Below, one piece after another: positions 1 to 14,013 of a DNA stretch of 64,000 nucleotides. The stretch is from Octopus sinensis. Lineage: Eukaryota. The notes below the pieces were generated by a model. It saw nothing but the letters and a program-made list of their open reading frames with translations, had not been told where the DNA came from and made no database searches. A program made the position numbers and the translations under genes. The number at the start of each line of letters is the position of its first letter. The first letter of the stretch is position 1. Location: positions 88,412,001 to 88,476,000 of the forward strand of contig NC_043006.1 of NCBI RefSeq assembly GCF_006345805.1, read 5' to 3'.

Positions 1-719
1 ATTTGGTATGTAGAATGCTTATTTCCAGGAATTTTGGTGTGAAGAATAGAGCCAAGCCAGGCTGTATACTTGCTCAAACATGTTTTAATATTCTTTGTGC
101 TGCTTCAGAAATGCGCATGGAATCCTCAACTAATGGATCAGTTGGCTCCGCTCAGGATCAGTTGGCTGGATCCTTAGTGTAGCCAGACTAAAGATAAAAT
201 CTAAGTATGTTACCATGAGAGATACATTATTTGTTGATAGTGCAGCTTCTTCCAGAAGAATTACAAAACCATTTGGACTATCAATATTTTGCAATCTATT
301 TTATAGTACAATCAACCTCAAAAAGATTCTTGTGATGGAACAAAGAACTGCAGCCATTTTTAAAAATTAAAACCAGAAGTAAAGATTTGGTTGTACATGA
401 GTCCCAATACCTTGGTTGCTCAGCTACTTCCACTTCACCCTGAATGCAGAATTCATGAGCACATCGTCAAAGCAGCTATTTCTTTGAGAAAGTACGGAAG
501 GATAGTCAGTTCAGGAAATTTATCAAGGTCGTGGGGTACAAGGTTCGTTTTTTCAGCACACTTCCACAAAACTGCGAGTGGTAGACGACATACATTTTTC
601 ATGAAACACCTTACATGTTCCATGTGAGTTGTCGGTAAAAAACGCTTGATATGAAATAGTAGGACAAGATCTAAATCATTAACATACTTACAAAGACAAC
701 TACCCTTTCAATGTTCACT

Positions 720-950
720 CTCCTGCACCAGATGACGAACGTAATCAAAAAGACTAATGCATTGTGAACTGGCATCCAGATTGAGAGACGAAGGATGTAT
801 CTATGCGTGATATAGAAACGACTCAACATTAAACTTGCTGGTTGGGAAGTAATTGCAGACAACAGAACTTATTGGAAAATAGCAAGTACCACATGGGTTA
901 AAGAGTGAAAGACTATCTTAGAACGCTGATGAACAAAGCTAGGAAAAGGA
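720..950 (+). mobile_element. RTE-clade LINE 3' coding remnant
   Basis: Frame fragment NIKLAGWEVIADNRTYWK resembles the RTE C-terminal motif (INxxxWExxAxDRxxWR). It is heavily decayed. Confidence 0.55.
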
Positions 951-2029
951 AGTTAAGTCTTTTTATAGAAAATTCACAAACCACACTCACACAAGAAGCA
1001 CCAATGTTGCAAGTCTGAAAATGACTTCATAGTAAAAAGGTGCTTTTCATCTTCTTCCTCCGACATAAACTCTCTTTATACACTGAAACACCGATGGATA
1101 CTACTCCCCACTTATACGCAATATACTTAGGTATGAAGTAAAAAGACAGGAGAGTTGCAGGGAAACTGAGCTTTGAATTTTATGATTGTATGGTATTGCA
1201 GAATGTATAAAAAGGTTAGAAGCTAAAATTAGTCAATGTTGCGAGGAGATCGATTTTACTAGCAGAAATAGAGCGGATTATGATGTGAATGAAATTTGCT
1301 TAGGTTAACGACCCCTTTTCGCAATGACGTCGATTCATTGACTTGGGAACTTTATTTCCAGCTTCCCTACCATTAAGACGACAGAAAATACATCCTCTAC
1401 ATACAGTCATACGAGACAGATTGCTGGCGTACTTTAAGAAGATAGCCTTGCCATCTCTCGCAGGTGACTGATTTGGTAGCTTGTACCATGCTTTTGCTAA
1501 TTGTGTTAAATAACTTTATAGTCACGAACAGATAAAGATACTCTCTCACTCTTGACTCAGTGAAACATCGAAGATGTGAAAGTTGGAGATTTCGAAGATG
1601 TGATGGCTGCATCAACAATAGGTTGGTACTCATGAGTAAGCTGAAGAGACACGAAATGATGTATCTTGCTCAGGGACACAATGCGTCGCCGCTCTGTCTA
1701 GGAATGAAATCCACTACTCCATGATCATCAGCCCAACATCTTGTCAATCTGACGACGTATCTTCACAGTAAGTAATGTTCACCAAAAAAAAAAAATAGGG
1801 AAAGAAATTGTCATTGGTACAACACAATAACGAATCATTTACAAATACCACACTGCTACTTCTACCGAAGCAAAACAGCGAATCTAGTTAATAAACGCTG
1901 AATTAAAGGTAAACATCAAAGACCGTCGTCATTGTTACTTAGGGTCTCATCGCTATAGAAACTAGAATAAAGTTTAAGTCTAGAACCTCGTCAGCTTAAA
2001 GAAATTATATGAAATATAAAATATATAAA

Positions 2030-2490
2030 AATGAGTTTTAAAAATGAAACATTAGCTGAAATTTTCAGAAAGTAAACAACACAAGATACACAGCTGAATT
2101 TACTTAATCTCAATGGAGGTTTCTTTAAACCATGAAAATAGAAGCTCCATAAATTCTCTATAATTTTTATGAGTAGCAATGATGTTGTGGAAGAACTATT
2201 CAGGCTATTTAATAACATGCTGTTAAACAGCTAGAAAGGCTTTTAAACTCACTCTAAATTTCTTTATTAAGGTGTCATTGACAGTTTCACTGCAACTGTT
2301 TTCAGTTTCAATGGAATCATGTCAATGACCAAATCATTGTTGAGTGAAGAAAATTTTGGTTATTTGCTTATTAAATTTAAGAGTATCGTAATTTGCTTGA
2401 AGTGGTATGTAGATGGGTTACTTATAAAAATACTTTTAAGCAATGCAAATGAGAAGCTAAGCAAAATAAATAAGACAAAGACGAGATATT
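2030..2490 (+). pseudogene. P-element/THAP9-type transposase remnant
   Basis: Stop-interrupted frame ...GGFFKP...GVIDSFTATVFSFNGIMSMTKSLLSEENFGYLLIKF...LIKILLSNANEKL resembles the C-terminal catalytic region of invertebrate P-type transposases (TxxTFTA...KYLLxExxFxYxLxGKF...ISVxQxxExEKKL). Confidence 0.5.
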
Positions 2491-3844
2491 GTACTACCGT
2501 ACCGTAATATTTCTATTAAAGATTCCCTTTAAATAATCTATCTTGGATAAAGGAAGATTTCCTGAAATATAATAAAAGAAGTCAACAGTCTATGCAACGT
2601 GACACAATATTTTGACTTGGCCTTTTTTTTTGTTAGCACAACCGTACATATTTTATTTCGCTTGCTTCTTATTGAATTTAAATTCAGTTTGAATCTTACG
2701 GCTTTGAGTGTTATTAAATGGTCCTTCCACAATTTAATTGCTTCAGTTCCAGATCGAGCCACCTACAAAACAATTATACTCTGCAATTTTAGAAGTTAGT
2801 TTACGTTGAAATCTAATGTAGTACAGTTTTATCTGTGACGAAAGTACGTGAAACTAAATGTGTAATAATTCTAAGGTGATAATTATAGCATTGGTTGAAC
2901 ACTAGTGTATGCGTTAATTTTTTGTGCTTACATAAAATCGCTTTGCTGAACACGTTGCCAAATGTATGCGCGCGCACACACGCATGCACAATTTAGAGGG
3001 ACTAGTACCTATAATGCTGTTACTTAACTTCATTTCAGTACAGAATGGACAAACCTATAATCAAAGATGTTCTATCAGTGACCATGCTTTCTTTTCCCTA
3101 GCCCCAGTGCATTTTGTACCACATAATCCAATGTATCAATTTCTGAGATTGTAGAGTGTATTTTGAGAGAGATTTGACTGCATAGAGAAACAATATAATT
3201 TTAGCTGTGCTGTAGCGGTACGTTGATGTATTCATGCCTTGCTTATGAACATAAACCTGTTCATGAAGTGAAATGGTAGGAAGAAGACCGTCTCTCAGAC
3301 TCGCCCCTACCGCTTTAAGCTTACTCTTGATAAATACGTTTAAATACATAAGTCGATTATACTATCAGAATATAGAAGTTTGAAAATGTTCCAGCAATTA
3401 AAATATTCCAGAGTGATATATGAAAAAACAGATTATACAGTATAAGACTTCTGAATAAGGACTTTCTAAAAACGTAAGGAAAAATGATTGTAATGTAACG
3501 AAAAATCGAAATCAGAAGAGCCTTCAGAGAATCACTTGGACTCCTGCTAAAAATACTAGTCCAATCTCCTTCAAAATACACCCTGATGCTTTTGAAAAGA
3601 AGAAAACACTAAATTATGTAATCCTAGGTACACTGTACTTCGGAAAATGACAGGAAGTACGCTGCTGAAATGCTTTTGGTCACAGCTATCACTCACAGCA
3701 ACAAAATCATCAAGGGAAGCTCACTTGAGGACTTTGTTGAGCGTCACTTGCCAAACAACCGTAAGCCACATTACCCATATGTCATACTCAAGGGTCTTAA
3801 AATAACATATAAGGTTATATTTCATAATATAATATTGATTTTGA

Positions 3845-4335
3845 CACAAGGTCAGCAATTTTAGGGGGAAGCGGTAAATCGATGACACTGACCCAAATGC
3901 TCAACTAGTACTTACCTTATCGACTCCGAAAGGATGAACGGCAAAGTCGACCTGGGTGGAATTTGAACTCAGAACATAAAGACGGATGAAATTCCGCTAA
4001 GCATTTTACCTGCCAGTTCGCCACATTATGTATAATGCAATATCAAATAAATACAACACGACGGGCAAAATACTTTACCTTCCATCGTTTGAAGTCGATA
4101 AAATAGTATACCAGTCAAATATTGGTTTCAAATTTTGGTACAAGGCCAGCAATTTTGGAGGTGGGAATTAGTCGGTTATACCGACCCTGTATTCGACTGG
4201 TACTTATTTTATCGACTTTGAAGGGTAAAAGGCAAAGTCGACCTCGGCGGAACTTAAACTCAGAACGTGAAGACGGATGAAATGCTTCTAGGCATTTTGC
4301 TTGGTGTACTACCGATCCTGCCAGGTCGGCACCTT
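3845..4335 (-). mobile_element. Two tandem copies of tRNA-derived SINE family A (octopus-type)
   Basis: Reverse complement of the core ttctgagttcaaattccgccgaggtcgactttgcctttcatcctttcggggtcgataa. The intact plus-strand copy is at 40350-40630. Confidence 0.8.
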
Positions 4336-6404
4336 ATACTGGTCAAATATTGGAGTCGATGTCATCTACTAATCCCTCTTATTGATATTTCTGGCGTTGT
4401 GTCTGTTTTACAAACACTATTAGATATACGGCACACGAAGAAAAGAACAAAAGAAATGATGCGACTGTTATTGCGGAACGCCTTTGATCATGGTTTCACT
4501 TAATCAGAAAAGACCAAGGGCCGAAAAACAATAACAACGTTTGTGCAATCGACTTACTATTATCTTATCGCCTTGCTGCCTAAACCATATTTTGAGATAT
4601 CGATTTATTTTTTATGCATTTAAATTAGCTTTTAGTATATAACTGACGCTAATGTTATCGACGCCTTAGGCCAGTGAACTGACAGAGTAGCTAGAATATC
4701 GAGGAAAAAAGCCATTTGATACTTAGTTACGGCCCTTTATGGTACCAGTCAAGTACATTTTATCGACTACACTCGTTTCTAAAATGTGTGGCCTTGAGCC
4801 AATGATGGAAATCGATATCATTGAATCCCAGACAGCATTGGAGGCAAAATTGGTAAAGCGTAGCACAGAATAATACCTCGTGGTATCTATTTCTGTCCCG
4901 AGTTCAAAGTCGCCAGGATTCGATTTTGTCTTTCTTCCTGAAGTCAGTAGAATAAGTATCAATATAATCAAATCGATTATATTCGCCTCTCCCACTGAAT
5001 GTATTGTGTGCCTTTATTAGAAATTAATATTGTAGAATACAGAGTGATGAAAAGTAATTTTTACTATTCGGGGATTTGTGGTGAGATAATTAAGATAATA
5101 AATCGAAGACTATCTAAAAAAGTATATATATAGTTCCAAACGAGTCAATGGCAAGCCTCTATATGGTCATTCGACCCTTTAAAAATAGCTGTCCTTAACA
5201 TCAGCCCAACGGCAGAAATTTGAGAAGTGAGGGTTAGCCGATTAAGTTGCACCTCCGTATTTGACTGGTCCTTTATTACCACCTGCGAATGGATAAAATG
5301 CAAACTGACAAAATGTAAACGTCCATCTCTGTAACGATTCTGCCAATCTACTACTCTTGACTTGTTAGAAATAACAATCAAATCTCCCTCAGACTACTTC
5401 CTGCTATTTTAAAAACGTAAGGACATAGTGAATATTGCAGTGAGGAGTACAGCATTCTAGATGAAGAAAAGCAGGATGGATGGGCATGGCTCGATTACCT
5501 TTGAGCATTGGCCTACTTAACCAGGTCCCGCTTAGAAATGACCAACAACAACACAGGAAATGGAAACCATATTGTCTATATTAAGACGCCCGCGTGGTTT
5601 AGAGTATTATAAAGTGAAAGGCTGAGCTGTTTCACTTCAAATACATTTGTGTTTATTCAAATTAGAAATAATCGGGTAATGTAGAATCTAAGAGAATGTC
5701 CGTGTGGTAGTCGACTTGTAAGAAATTGCAACCAAATTTCCCTTAAATCACATGCTACTGCCTTAAAGACATGAAAAAGAAAAGAGGAAGAACGAAGGAC
5801 ACAGTGGGCAATGTAGTGATAGACAGAAACAAAAATTATGATAAAGTTATGGTTGGAATGGCTTTGATTAAGTCTGCTCGATCAGAGCTGACTTGCCAAC
5901 GGAACATGTATTATATAAATAATGATGTTTAAATAACACCAAGAAGAAGAACATTGAGAAAGGAGACTATTTATGTTAGAAATAGACATGGCTTAACCTT
6001 GAATCGAAATACAACTGAGGATAAGGGTTATGTTGTCATAGAAACAACTTCAGCATTAACTTACCAAAACGTTACAGAATTGCATTTTCAAAGAAAACTA
6101 AAACACATCTTTAGCTAATTCCTCTTATCGATTCTAATCTTCACTGATATTGCAACAAGACAAATCAATATGTATCGAATTTTGGTGCATTGTTTATATA
6201 CGCGAGTGCTTTTATGTGTGTGTCTCTTTGTGTGTGCGTGAGTGTGTATGTGAATGTGTGTGTGTATGCGTGTGTGCATTGTGTGTGTGTGCAATGTGTG
6301 TGTATGCGGGCGCGAGCTGTTATTCTTGATTCTTAAACAATTGCATTTATCAGTATCAAGAATCAGTTTAAGCAATAATATTCATTCCTCTTCCTCCTCT
6401 TACA

Positions 6405-6436
<32 letters not shown>

Positions 6437-6809
6437 CTACCGCCAACACCATCATCACCATTGCCACCACTGATATAACAACCACCACCACCATCATCAT
6501 CGTCATCATCCTCATCGTCGTCATCATCAACAGCAACAATACTTAAGGTATTATTTCTCGCCTCAACAATATCATTGTTGCTGTTCCTGTCGACAAAATC
6601 TTACTCCTCACCTTATTCCACAACACGTGAATTATGCTGGAACTTCTAACTTCTTCCTTAAGGCATCATCAATACTAACCCTGCTTTTATTGTTTTTGTT
6701 GTTTTGTTTAACCCCCTAGTTAGACTCGATTGGGTAAATTCGGGTAAATCTATAACCGAAAACTTTCCAGTAGCGATCAATATGTGTTTGTTTAAAGTAT
6801 AAAATGTCA

Positions 6810-7800
6810 TGGTTTTATATATATATATATATATAAACAGTACTTGGAGAAGAAGAACGAAACGAAACGAACGACTCGAATCGAATCGACGCGAGGGCGC
6901 TCAGTCATACAATAGTGTAATAAATAAAATATATGCATACATACATGCATATATGTGCGTACCTACATCTACATGTATATATACATGCATATATAAATAT
7001 ATATACGTGAGTACAGGACACCACAAGTAGACGTAGAACTCAACGAGAAACGAAAACGGAAAAACAAGCGTGGAACAGACCATTTTTTACAACGAAAAAC
7101 AGAGTAAAAGACAAACTACACAAGGAAAAATCCCCTTCATCAGCTGTCCCTAGTTCAACTCCAGCGTGTTTCGGAGGTAGGACAGAACACGACTCGTCGA
7201 ACTAGCTCTTCCTGCGAAGAAATTAAATCAAATTACTTCGCAGAGGGGTAAAAATAAATAAAGAAAAAAATGTAACAAAATCAGGACGTAAAAACGATAC
7301 AAATAAAATTACAAAATAAAATACAAAATAAAATACAAAATAAAAATACAATTACAAAAAATTACAATACGAGAAATAAAAACAAAACAAGAAAACAAAC
7401 GAAAAGGGCCTATTTTTGGCCTAGACGAGGAAGATTGTGGAGAGCGCAAGGAAAAACCGTGTGTTTACAGTTAGAAGGCCGCATGTAGAAAGGAAGAGTT
7501 GGCTGGCTGTCAGAGAGATGAGGAGGAGTGTGAGAGAGAGAGAGAGAGAGATAGAGGAAGACAAGCGGCTGAGAGAGAGATGAGGAGGAGTGAGAGAGAG
7601 AGATAGATAGGGAAAGAAGGGAAGGTAAAGCAAAGAGGTATAGGGTTTCGCGTCATAATTATATATAAAAACAGTACTTGGAGAAGAAGAACGAAACGAA
7701 ACGATTGCTAAGATGATCTGGTTCTTGACTGATGACTGAGGGCTTCGAATGTCCCGTCCTGTGGTTCTTGTGTCGTCTCTGTGGTGTTTCATGTTCTTGT
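6810..7800 (-). mobile_element. Penelope-like element remnant with pLTR-like direct repeat
   Basis: The sequence tatataaa(a)acagtacttggagaagaagaacgaaacgaaacga occurs at about 6833 and 7663. The minus strand carries ctgatgaagggg and ccgaaac motifs near 7135-7180, typical of Penelope pLTRs. Confidence 0.55.
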
Positions 7801-7829
7801 CCATGTCTGTAATTATTTTTACTGTTTAC

Positions 7830-7830
7830 C

Positions 7831-7901
<71 letters not shown>

Positions 7902-8028
7902 TAAAGGGTAAAATTATTTAATTAATTGGTAATTAATAATTCTACCAAGTAGTGTTCAGCATGTTAAAAGGACCATTTACGGTAAACTTAAACATTATTT
8001 ATATAAATAAATAAATATATATACATAC

Positions 8029-8108
<80 letters not shown>
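7830..8108. repeat. (TA)n, (AAT)n, (CATA)n microsatellite cluster
   Basis: Directly visible in the sequence. Confidence 0.95.
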
Positions 8109-8110
<2 letters not shown>

Positions 8111-8819
8111 ATCCTGGGGGTAGATTGGCTGCTACTTCTAGCAGGTTGATGCAATTTGTTGCCTTCTTTAGTAATTGATACACCTGTTTGATTAACAGAA
8201 TACAAGCGCTGTACATATGTTGAGCAGTGATGTCTGTGTGACCAAATACAGCGCGCATTCGTTTTTATCGAAAACCCTAACTTGCAAGATAAGACTACGA
8301 ACAGTTTTACAATACAACAAGATTCGTCAGATGGATGTTCAGTAGAGTTTAAACCTTCTATTCATATAGTCAGATGAATGTTTTGTGGTATTTCAGCAGT
8401 AGACTCTTATTAGAGAATAAAAACAAAAATCAGAGCCAAACACAATGTCTAGCTTTGTGAACATGGAAAAAATGTAGGGCTATAGATTAACAGAGACATA
8501 AAATTTAAAAAACCTACTTGATAATTTTGTATCAATATCAAAAATTATCATTACGTGTGAACTTAGTAATTCAGCTTCGAATTCTTCCCCTCACAAGAAG
8601 AAACATACAATGTTTGCTAATTTACTGATAGCGTAACTATTCAAATAACAATCCACTGTCTAAATAAGGAATATTTGATAGTGTGTAGCTGGGGTACAGA
8701 ATGCGTCAAAAAGTGTAATGGTCATAGCTGGAATGTCTTTAGAATAACAGACATTCTATATGAAGATATATATAGAATGTAACTTACATTCTATAAGAGT
8801 TAGTTGTTAGTGTTAGCCA

Positions 8820-9480
8820 CAACCATCAATCTCTCAGATGATGTCTCAATGTGATACGAAGCTCAAGGCATAGATTTCTCTGGCTGATACAAATGACAAT
8901 TTATTGCCTTATAATTTGTGCAATCATCAGCATGAATTGAATTTCCAACACCATCTTTCAAGGTTCCCAAACTCCTTTGAACTTCAACATTATCACGTGT
9001 TTGTTTAAAATATTCCTTTTTCTCTTTTCTTTGATGTATTCACTAAACCGCATTTTAAATTTTCCTGTCTCTCTTGTAGAATGCAGACGTATTTTCTTAT
9101 GTGTATTTTCTATAAGACTTTATTTAAATTGTCTGCAATTTTCGTGATCCGCTAATAAGCTTAATCTTTTAAAAAATCCAACCAACTTCAACCGTTTATT
9201 TCAAACACATTGAATCGTGAATGCTTACTGCAACATGTTCAATGCATCTGTTCATATATCTTGATACTGTCATTGCTACGTCATCTCTCTCAGGCAGCTC
9301 TTTTGTAATTTGTGGTTGTACGCTTAGTAGAAACAAGACAACCTAAATAATTTATGGTAATAATTTCCCTTTACTTGTCTCTCTAGAATAATACACAGTA
9401 TCTCTCTAGTATAATGTCTTGCTGTCTTGAATTTAAACTTCGTTATGGTAAAAATAGCGAGTGCTTGTAACACACCAAGG
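8820..9480 (-). mobile_element. Ancient Penelope-like element C-terminal remnant (linker and GIY-YIG)
   Basis: Fragments LPERDDVAMTVSRYMNRCIE (cf. LPFKGD..S..I.R.L), RETGKFKMRFSEYI (cf. GETGR.F..RFSEH) and IAQIIRQ*IVICISQRNLCLEL (cf. AEAIAIR..P.LC.QK) occur in the expected order, with frameshifts. Confidence 0.5.
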
Positions 9481-9779
9481 TATATTCAATCAATACAACT
9501 GCTCAAATTTTTAATGTTCATTTTTTAAAAATATGTTTTATGTACTATAACTAATCGGTAAGATTTCTCCAAAATCAATACGCTGTCGTTCTGGTTATTA
9601 CAGCAATGGACTGTGTTTCACCTTTACCTTTTTCTGCTGTTACTACAGTAGACTATTGTCTATCGAACTGCCTCGTTTAAGGTTTTCACTCATATTTGTA
9701 ATCATCGATTCATTAAGGTACACTCTATGATACTTAGATCTCAGACGAGTATTTTTGTTATTTCTTTCATTGTGCCTCA

Positions 9780-9960
9780 GAACTTGTCCCTTTACACAAC
9801 AAACTCTTTAATTTCTCATTCTCTACAAGGATATACACTAATATTTGGAAGTAAGCTTCAGTTTGCCCCATTCCGACGACAGGTGAGCCCTCTGTCCCAA
9901 ACAACTATCGTCCGACTGTTCTCATTTTTAACGTCTCTAAGGTATTGAAATCCCTCTTGA
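9780..9960 (+). mobile_element. CR1/L2/Jockey-group LINE RT fragment
   Basis: IYTNIWK*ASVCPIPTTGEPSVPNNYRPTVLIFNVSKVL matches the WKxAxVxPIPKxGDxxxxxNYRPIxL motif. Confidence 0.75.
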
Positions 9961-10040
9961 GTCAGTCTCTCCATTCCTTCTCTTTAGAAAACGGAGGGCA
10001 ATTTTAAAGGTAGATACATTAACCGATCGAGTCAAAAACA

Positions 10041-10081
<41 letters not shown>

Positions 10082-10252
10082 CGCTCAAAATTGACTCGAT
10101 GAAATAAAATCCAAGCATACATGGGCAATAACATCACTTAAGTATGGAGCTAGAATCATAAAATGGCAAAAGAATTAACTGATGAGTTGATTTCGACGTA
10201 TGAGGGTCTAACATTTTGTTCTTTTGTTTTGATATCTATACTTCTTATGAAA

Positions 10253-10600
10253 CTTTAATCCTGCCAACGATTTACAGACAAGTCTACAGACTTGAGAAAA
10301 GGATTGTTATACAAATCGGCTGGCTTTTTAGTTCAAGACTTTGCCTTCGCTTTAGTTCTTTAAGATGATCCAGACCGCTTAATTCATAAGTTTTTTTAAC
10401 CTCCATTCGCTGCGATTCAGTGTAGTATTTTCACATTTTTCTGGAGAAATCTTTCTCACTTCCAGCTAAGTTTTGAGTTTGTCCTCATAATCACATCCGT
10501 AGCCGTTTCTATGCTTCTGTCGTTATAAAGTTACATAAGAACTTTTGGACTTCGGTTTCAGTCATTCTGACGACATGATCAATCCCTCTTCGTACATACA
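10253..10600 (-). mobile_element. RTE LINE 3' fragment, copy 1 of a local duplication
   Basis: Minus-strand DHVVRM...YEDKLKT*LEVRKISPEKCENTALNRSEWR. Near-identical to 14394-14745. Confidence 0.7.
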
Positions 10601-10778
10601 TACATACATACATACATACATACATACATACATACATGCATGCATGCATATATATATATGGCTTTGTATGCATAAATATATATTATGTATGAAGATACAC
10701 ACATATGCACACACCACACATATATATGTATGTATGTTGTACGTATGCACGTATGCATGTAGGTATATTTGCGTTTGC

Positions 10779-10812
<34 letters not shown>

Positions 10813-11839
10813 TTCTATTTAAAACATTTAAATTTGTTTCAGCTCTGATTAACGTCGTGTCGTACATAAAATGTACATTACTTACTAATAGCAATTCACA
10901 CGACCAACGGTAACAATAACAAGACAATACACAACACCAAGTAATAACTGAAGGCAAAAGCGAAATGGAAGCAATGAGAAAAATCCACTTTAAAAAATGT
11001 TTTTAAGTAAACTTCACTGAAAATACTTTCTTCTTTGTAATAATTGTTCCAACTTAATCCTTGTTTTGTAAGAGAACTCTTAAGAAGGAATTGATTAGAT
11101 TTTTACCGAGATAACATTGACATTGATTGAAAACGCAGGAAGGGAATATTTACAAACTGACATACTCTGATGTGAAATCTTGTTTACATTCTATTGCTAT
11201 GACGATCAACAGATATCGTGGGGATATCAAACGAAGGTATCAAAGCTTTTTTTTTCCTTCTATATATCTTTCTGTCTCCGCCTTCTCCCACCACACACAC
11301 ACACACACAACACACACACCTACGGATGCATACGCATAAAGACACACATGTAAGACACTAATGTATCTAAGGAAATAACGTCAGTATGTGGAAGATAAAG
11401 GATACACTAGGACATCGCAAATATTTAAAACAAAACATATATATCCTCCATTATCACCATCTAAGAAGGTGAGATAGAAATGATAGCAGTATTTTGACAA
11501 ACAGCGAAGTGAGAACACTTGAATATAACCTGATGAGTCAAGTGGTGTTAAGAGAAATTTAGCAACGAGAACTGTACTGCTTTTTTTTCTTTCAGTTTTC
11601 TCTACTGTTCACCTTAGCATATCGCTTTCCTCCATTTAAGATCTTCTCATGCAAGATAATGTGATCGCACCGATAAATTAGCACCTCATATTAGTACTCA
11701 ACCCTAACGAGCAAATGAGGGAGCCCACTACAAAGTCTTTCAGCCTACAAAAAATAGAAATAGCTGTCAAATGTTTCTTACACTACACACACGGGTTTTA
11801 AAATTAGAAGGACAAATTGTAAAATGTAGTCTTAGATAT

Positions 11840-12240
11840 CAGTTTAAAAATTTGGCATAAGACCAGCAGTTTTGTGGGAGGGGGTAAGTCGATTACATCC
11901 ATTGACTCCAGCGTTTAACTGGTACTCATTTTATCGATCATGAATGGATGAAAGTCGAGTTTGGCAGAATTTGAGCTCAGAACATAAAGTTGGACGAAAC
12001 GCCGCTATGCATTTTGCCTGGCGTGCTAACGACTCTGCTAACGACTCTGAAATAAGGATTTCAAATTTTGGCAGAAAACCAGGATCGATTACATCGATCC
12101 CCGTACTCAAATGGTACTTATTTTATCGACCCTAAAAAGATGAAAAGTAAAGTCGACCTCGGTGGAATATGAACTCAGAACGTGAAGTGCTGCTAAGCAT
12201 TTCGCCAGCGTGCTAACGATTCTGACAGCTCACCGCCTTA
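11840..12240 (-). mobile_element. Two tandem SINE family A copies
   Basis: aaagtcgacctcggtggaatatgaactcagaac and related cores, ending in gctcaccgccttaa. Confidence 0.8.
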
Positions 12241-14013
12241 AATGTCGTCTTAGATATTAAACACAACATGATCACAGATGGGATACTTTGGTCAAATGCC
12301 TCATCAATAACGATTAAATAGTAGCTAAGCAAGAACAAAGACATCAGGAATCAGATCTTTTTTACATGTATTTCATCCCGGACTCATGACCGTAGGGTCG
12401 TACTTTCGATTCTTATCCGAAGAGGCATGTTGTTTTCATGAGCAAAGCACTTCGTTTCACGTTGCTCCACTCTACTCTGTTGAAAATACCAGTAACTTCT
12501 GGGGTTAACTCCTTAACAGAGTCCCATTCAAAGAGAAGTATTGTGCTCTCAGTAACTTGTACGTCATGGAACCCAGACAAATTCTGGCCTAATTAGTCAG
12601 TATATACTCATGACAGGCCTAAACTCTTCCATAAATTTGTAGCCTTGAGTCTAGATAGATTGCAGTATCAGACTAAAATGTTTTCGTGATGTTTAGTCAC
12701 GGCTCTTTAAGTTGTGAGTTCAATACCCACCTGTTCAAATCCCAGTGATGATAAAATAATCATATCTTATTTGATAAATTAATTATCACTGACGGAGTCT
12801 AACTATTCGATTGTTTGTGCCCCAACAGACAATGTATAATAACGTGCCAAATCTAAAAATCAATTATATATTTTTCTAATGGATGTTATTCCATATTTTC
12901 AACACCCTATTCAAAATGATGTTTGTTGCCATATGTAAGCGTCATTTCTTACAGTAGTAAATGCTAGAGCGTTCTATAGACTTAGAATTTCGATCATTTA
13001 GCCACGCCACAGTTCTAGAATAGACACGTCATTGTAGGCTAATTGAATGTAGCGAACATTAAAGCTCTAATAAGAAATACTAATGTAGTTAATGGTTTAT
13101 ATCCTTATAATCATTTCTGTGGGTTGTAGAAACAATTCCGGACATGTTTCGATTTTATTCGATCCCCTCAGTGAATTTTAAGATTTTGCTGTAATTGCAA
13201 GTAGGAGTAGAATATCGGGTCGGTACGAAAAATTAGCATTATTTTTTTTAATAAGAAAACAATATCGGATATAAATATCCAGTTTTGCTTAGTCATGAAA
13301 ATATTAAATGTAAGCGGTGAATAGAGCTATACATTTAAGTAGATCAGGATTGTTCTGAGAAATGTGAACCGATCTAATTGGAATCGATTATGGTTGACCT
13401 TGGGGTTCTAGAAAATGTGAGCAATTTCATAACACACACACATTCCAAATTAGACCCGAAGTAAGGAATAGAAATGTCTGCAAAATATCTCTGACTTAAT
13501 GGAAGAATGAACAGTCGGAAGAAGATAACAGCCAGTTTTGATAAAATAAAATGAGACTTTTTATCTTTTCTCTTTTACTCGTTACTAGTCAAATGTCCGA
13601 TCAAATAAGCGACATATCCGACAGGAAGGTGAATCGTGAATGATAGTATACGCACAAACACACACACGCACCACCACCACCACCACCACTACCGACACCA
13701 CCGACACCACCATCGCCACCACCACCATCACGAACATACATATGCAAGTAGGCATATACGCACATACATACAAATATACATGGCTTATTGATCTTTAATT
13801 TGCTTTAACCATTACACCTACAAATATTCTGGAGAACCGCATGTTTCGCAACTACGAACTACGTGATTTCTGATTTGTTTCATTTCACGACACCCTTTTA
13901 GTATATCCCCGAACCAACCGATAACTTGTGAGGGAAGTTGGTAGACAGGAACTCAATGGAATCCTTTTTTCCCTTTTTATTTATTTATTTCTTTTCCAAG
14001 CATATATTTATAT

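Noticed and set aside
2504-3810. Chain of minus-strand exon candidates (e.g. 2762-2700 VARSGTEAIKLWKDHLITLKA, 3178-3120, 2562-2504)
   Set aside because: Phases could not be joined into one open frame without 44-46 nt introns or early stops, and no recognisable protein emerged. The region abuts a transposase remnant. RNA-seq could overturn this.
8130-8200. Possible exon VYQLLKKATNCINLLE
   Set aside because: Weak donor (gtagca), and no supporting neighbours or homology.
9229-9450. Apparent minus-strand exons (114-nt exon 9342-9229 with ttag/gtaagc) joined by a 32-nt micro-intron, suggesting a dicyemid- or ciliate-like gene with TAA/TAG read as Gln
   Set aside because: The same peptides line up with Penelope linker and GIY-YIG motifs across frameshifts. 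Stop reassignment trivially lengthens frames in AT-rich DNA.
13213-13462. Possible mariner-derived MITE (tatcgggtcggtacgaaaa ... tagacccga)
   Set aside because: The right TIR match is too weak to support.
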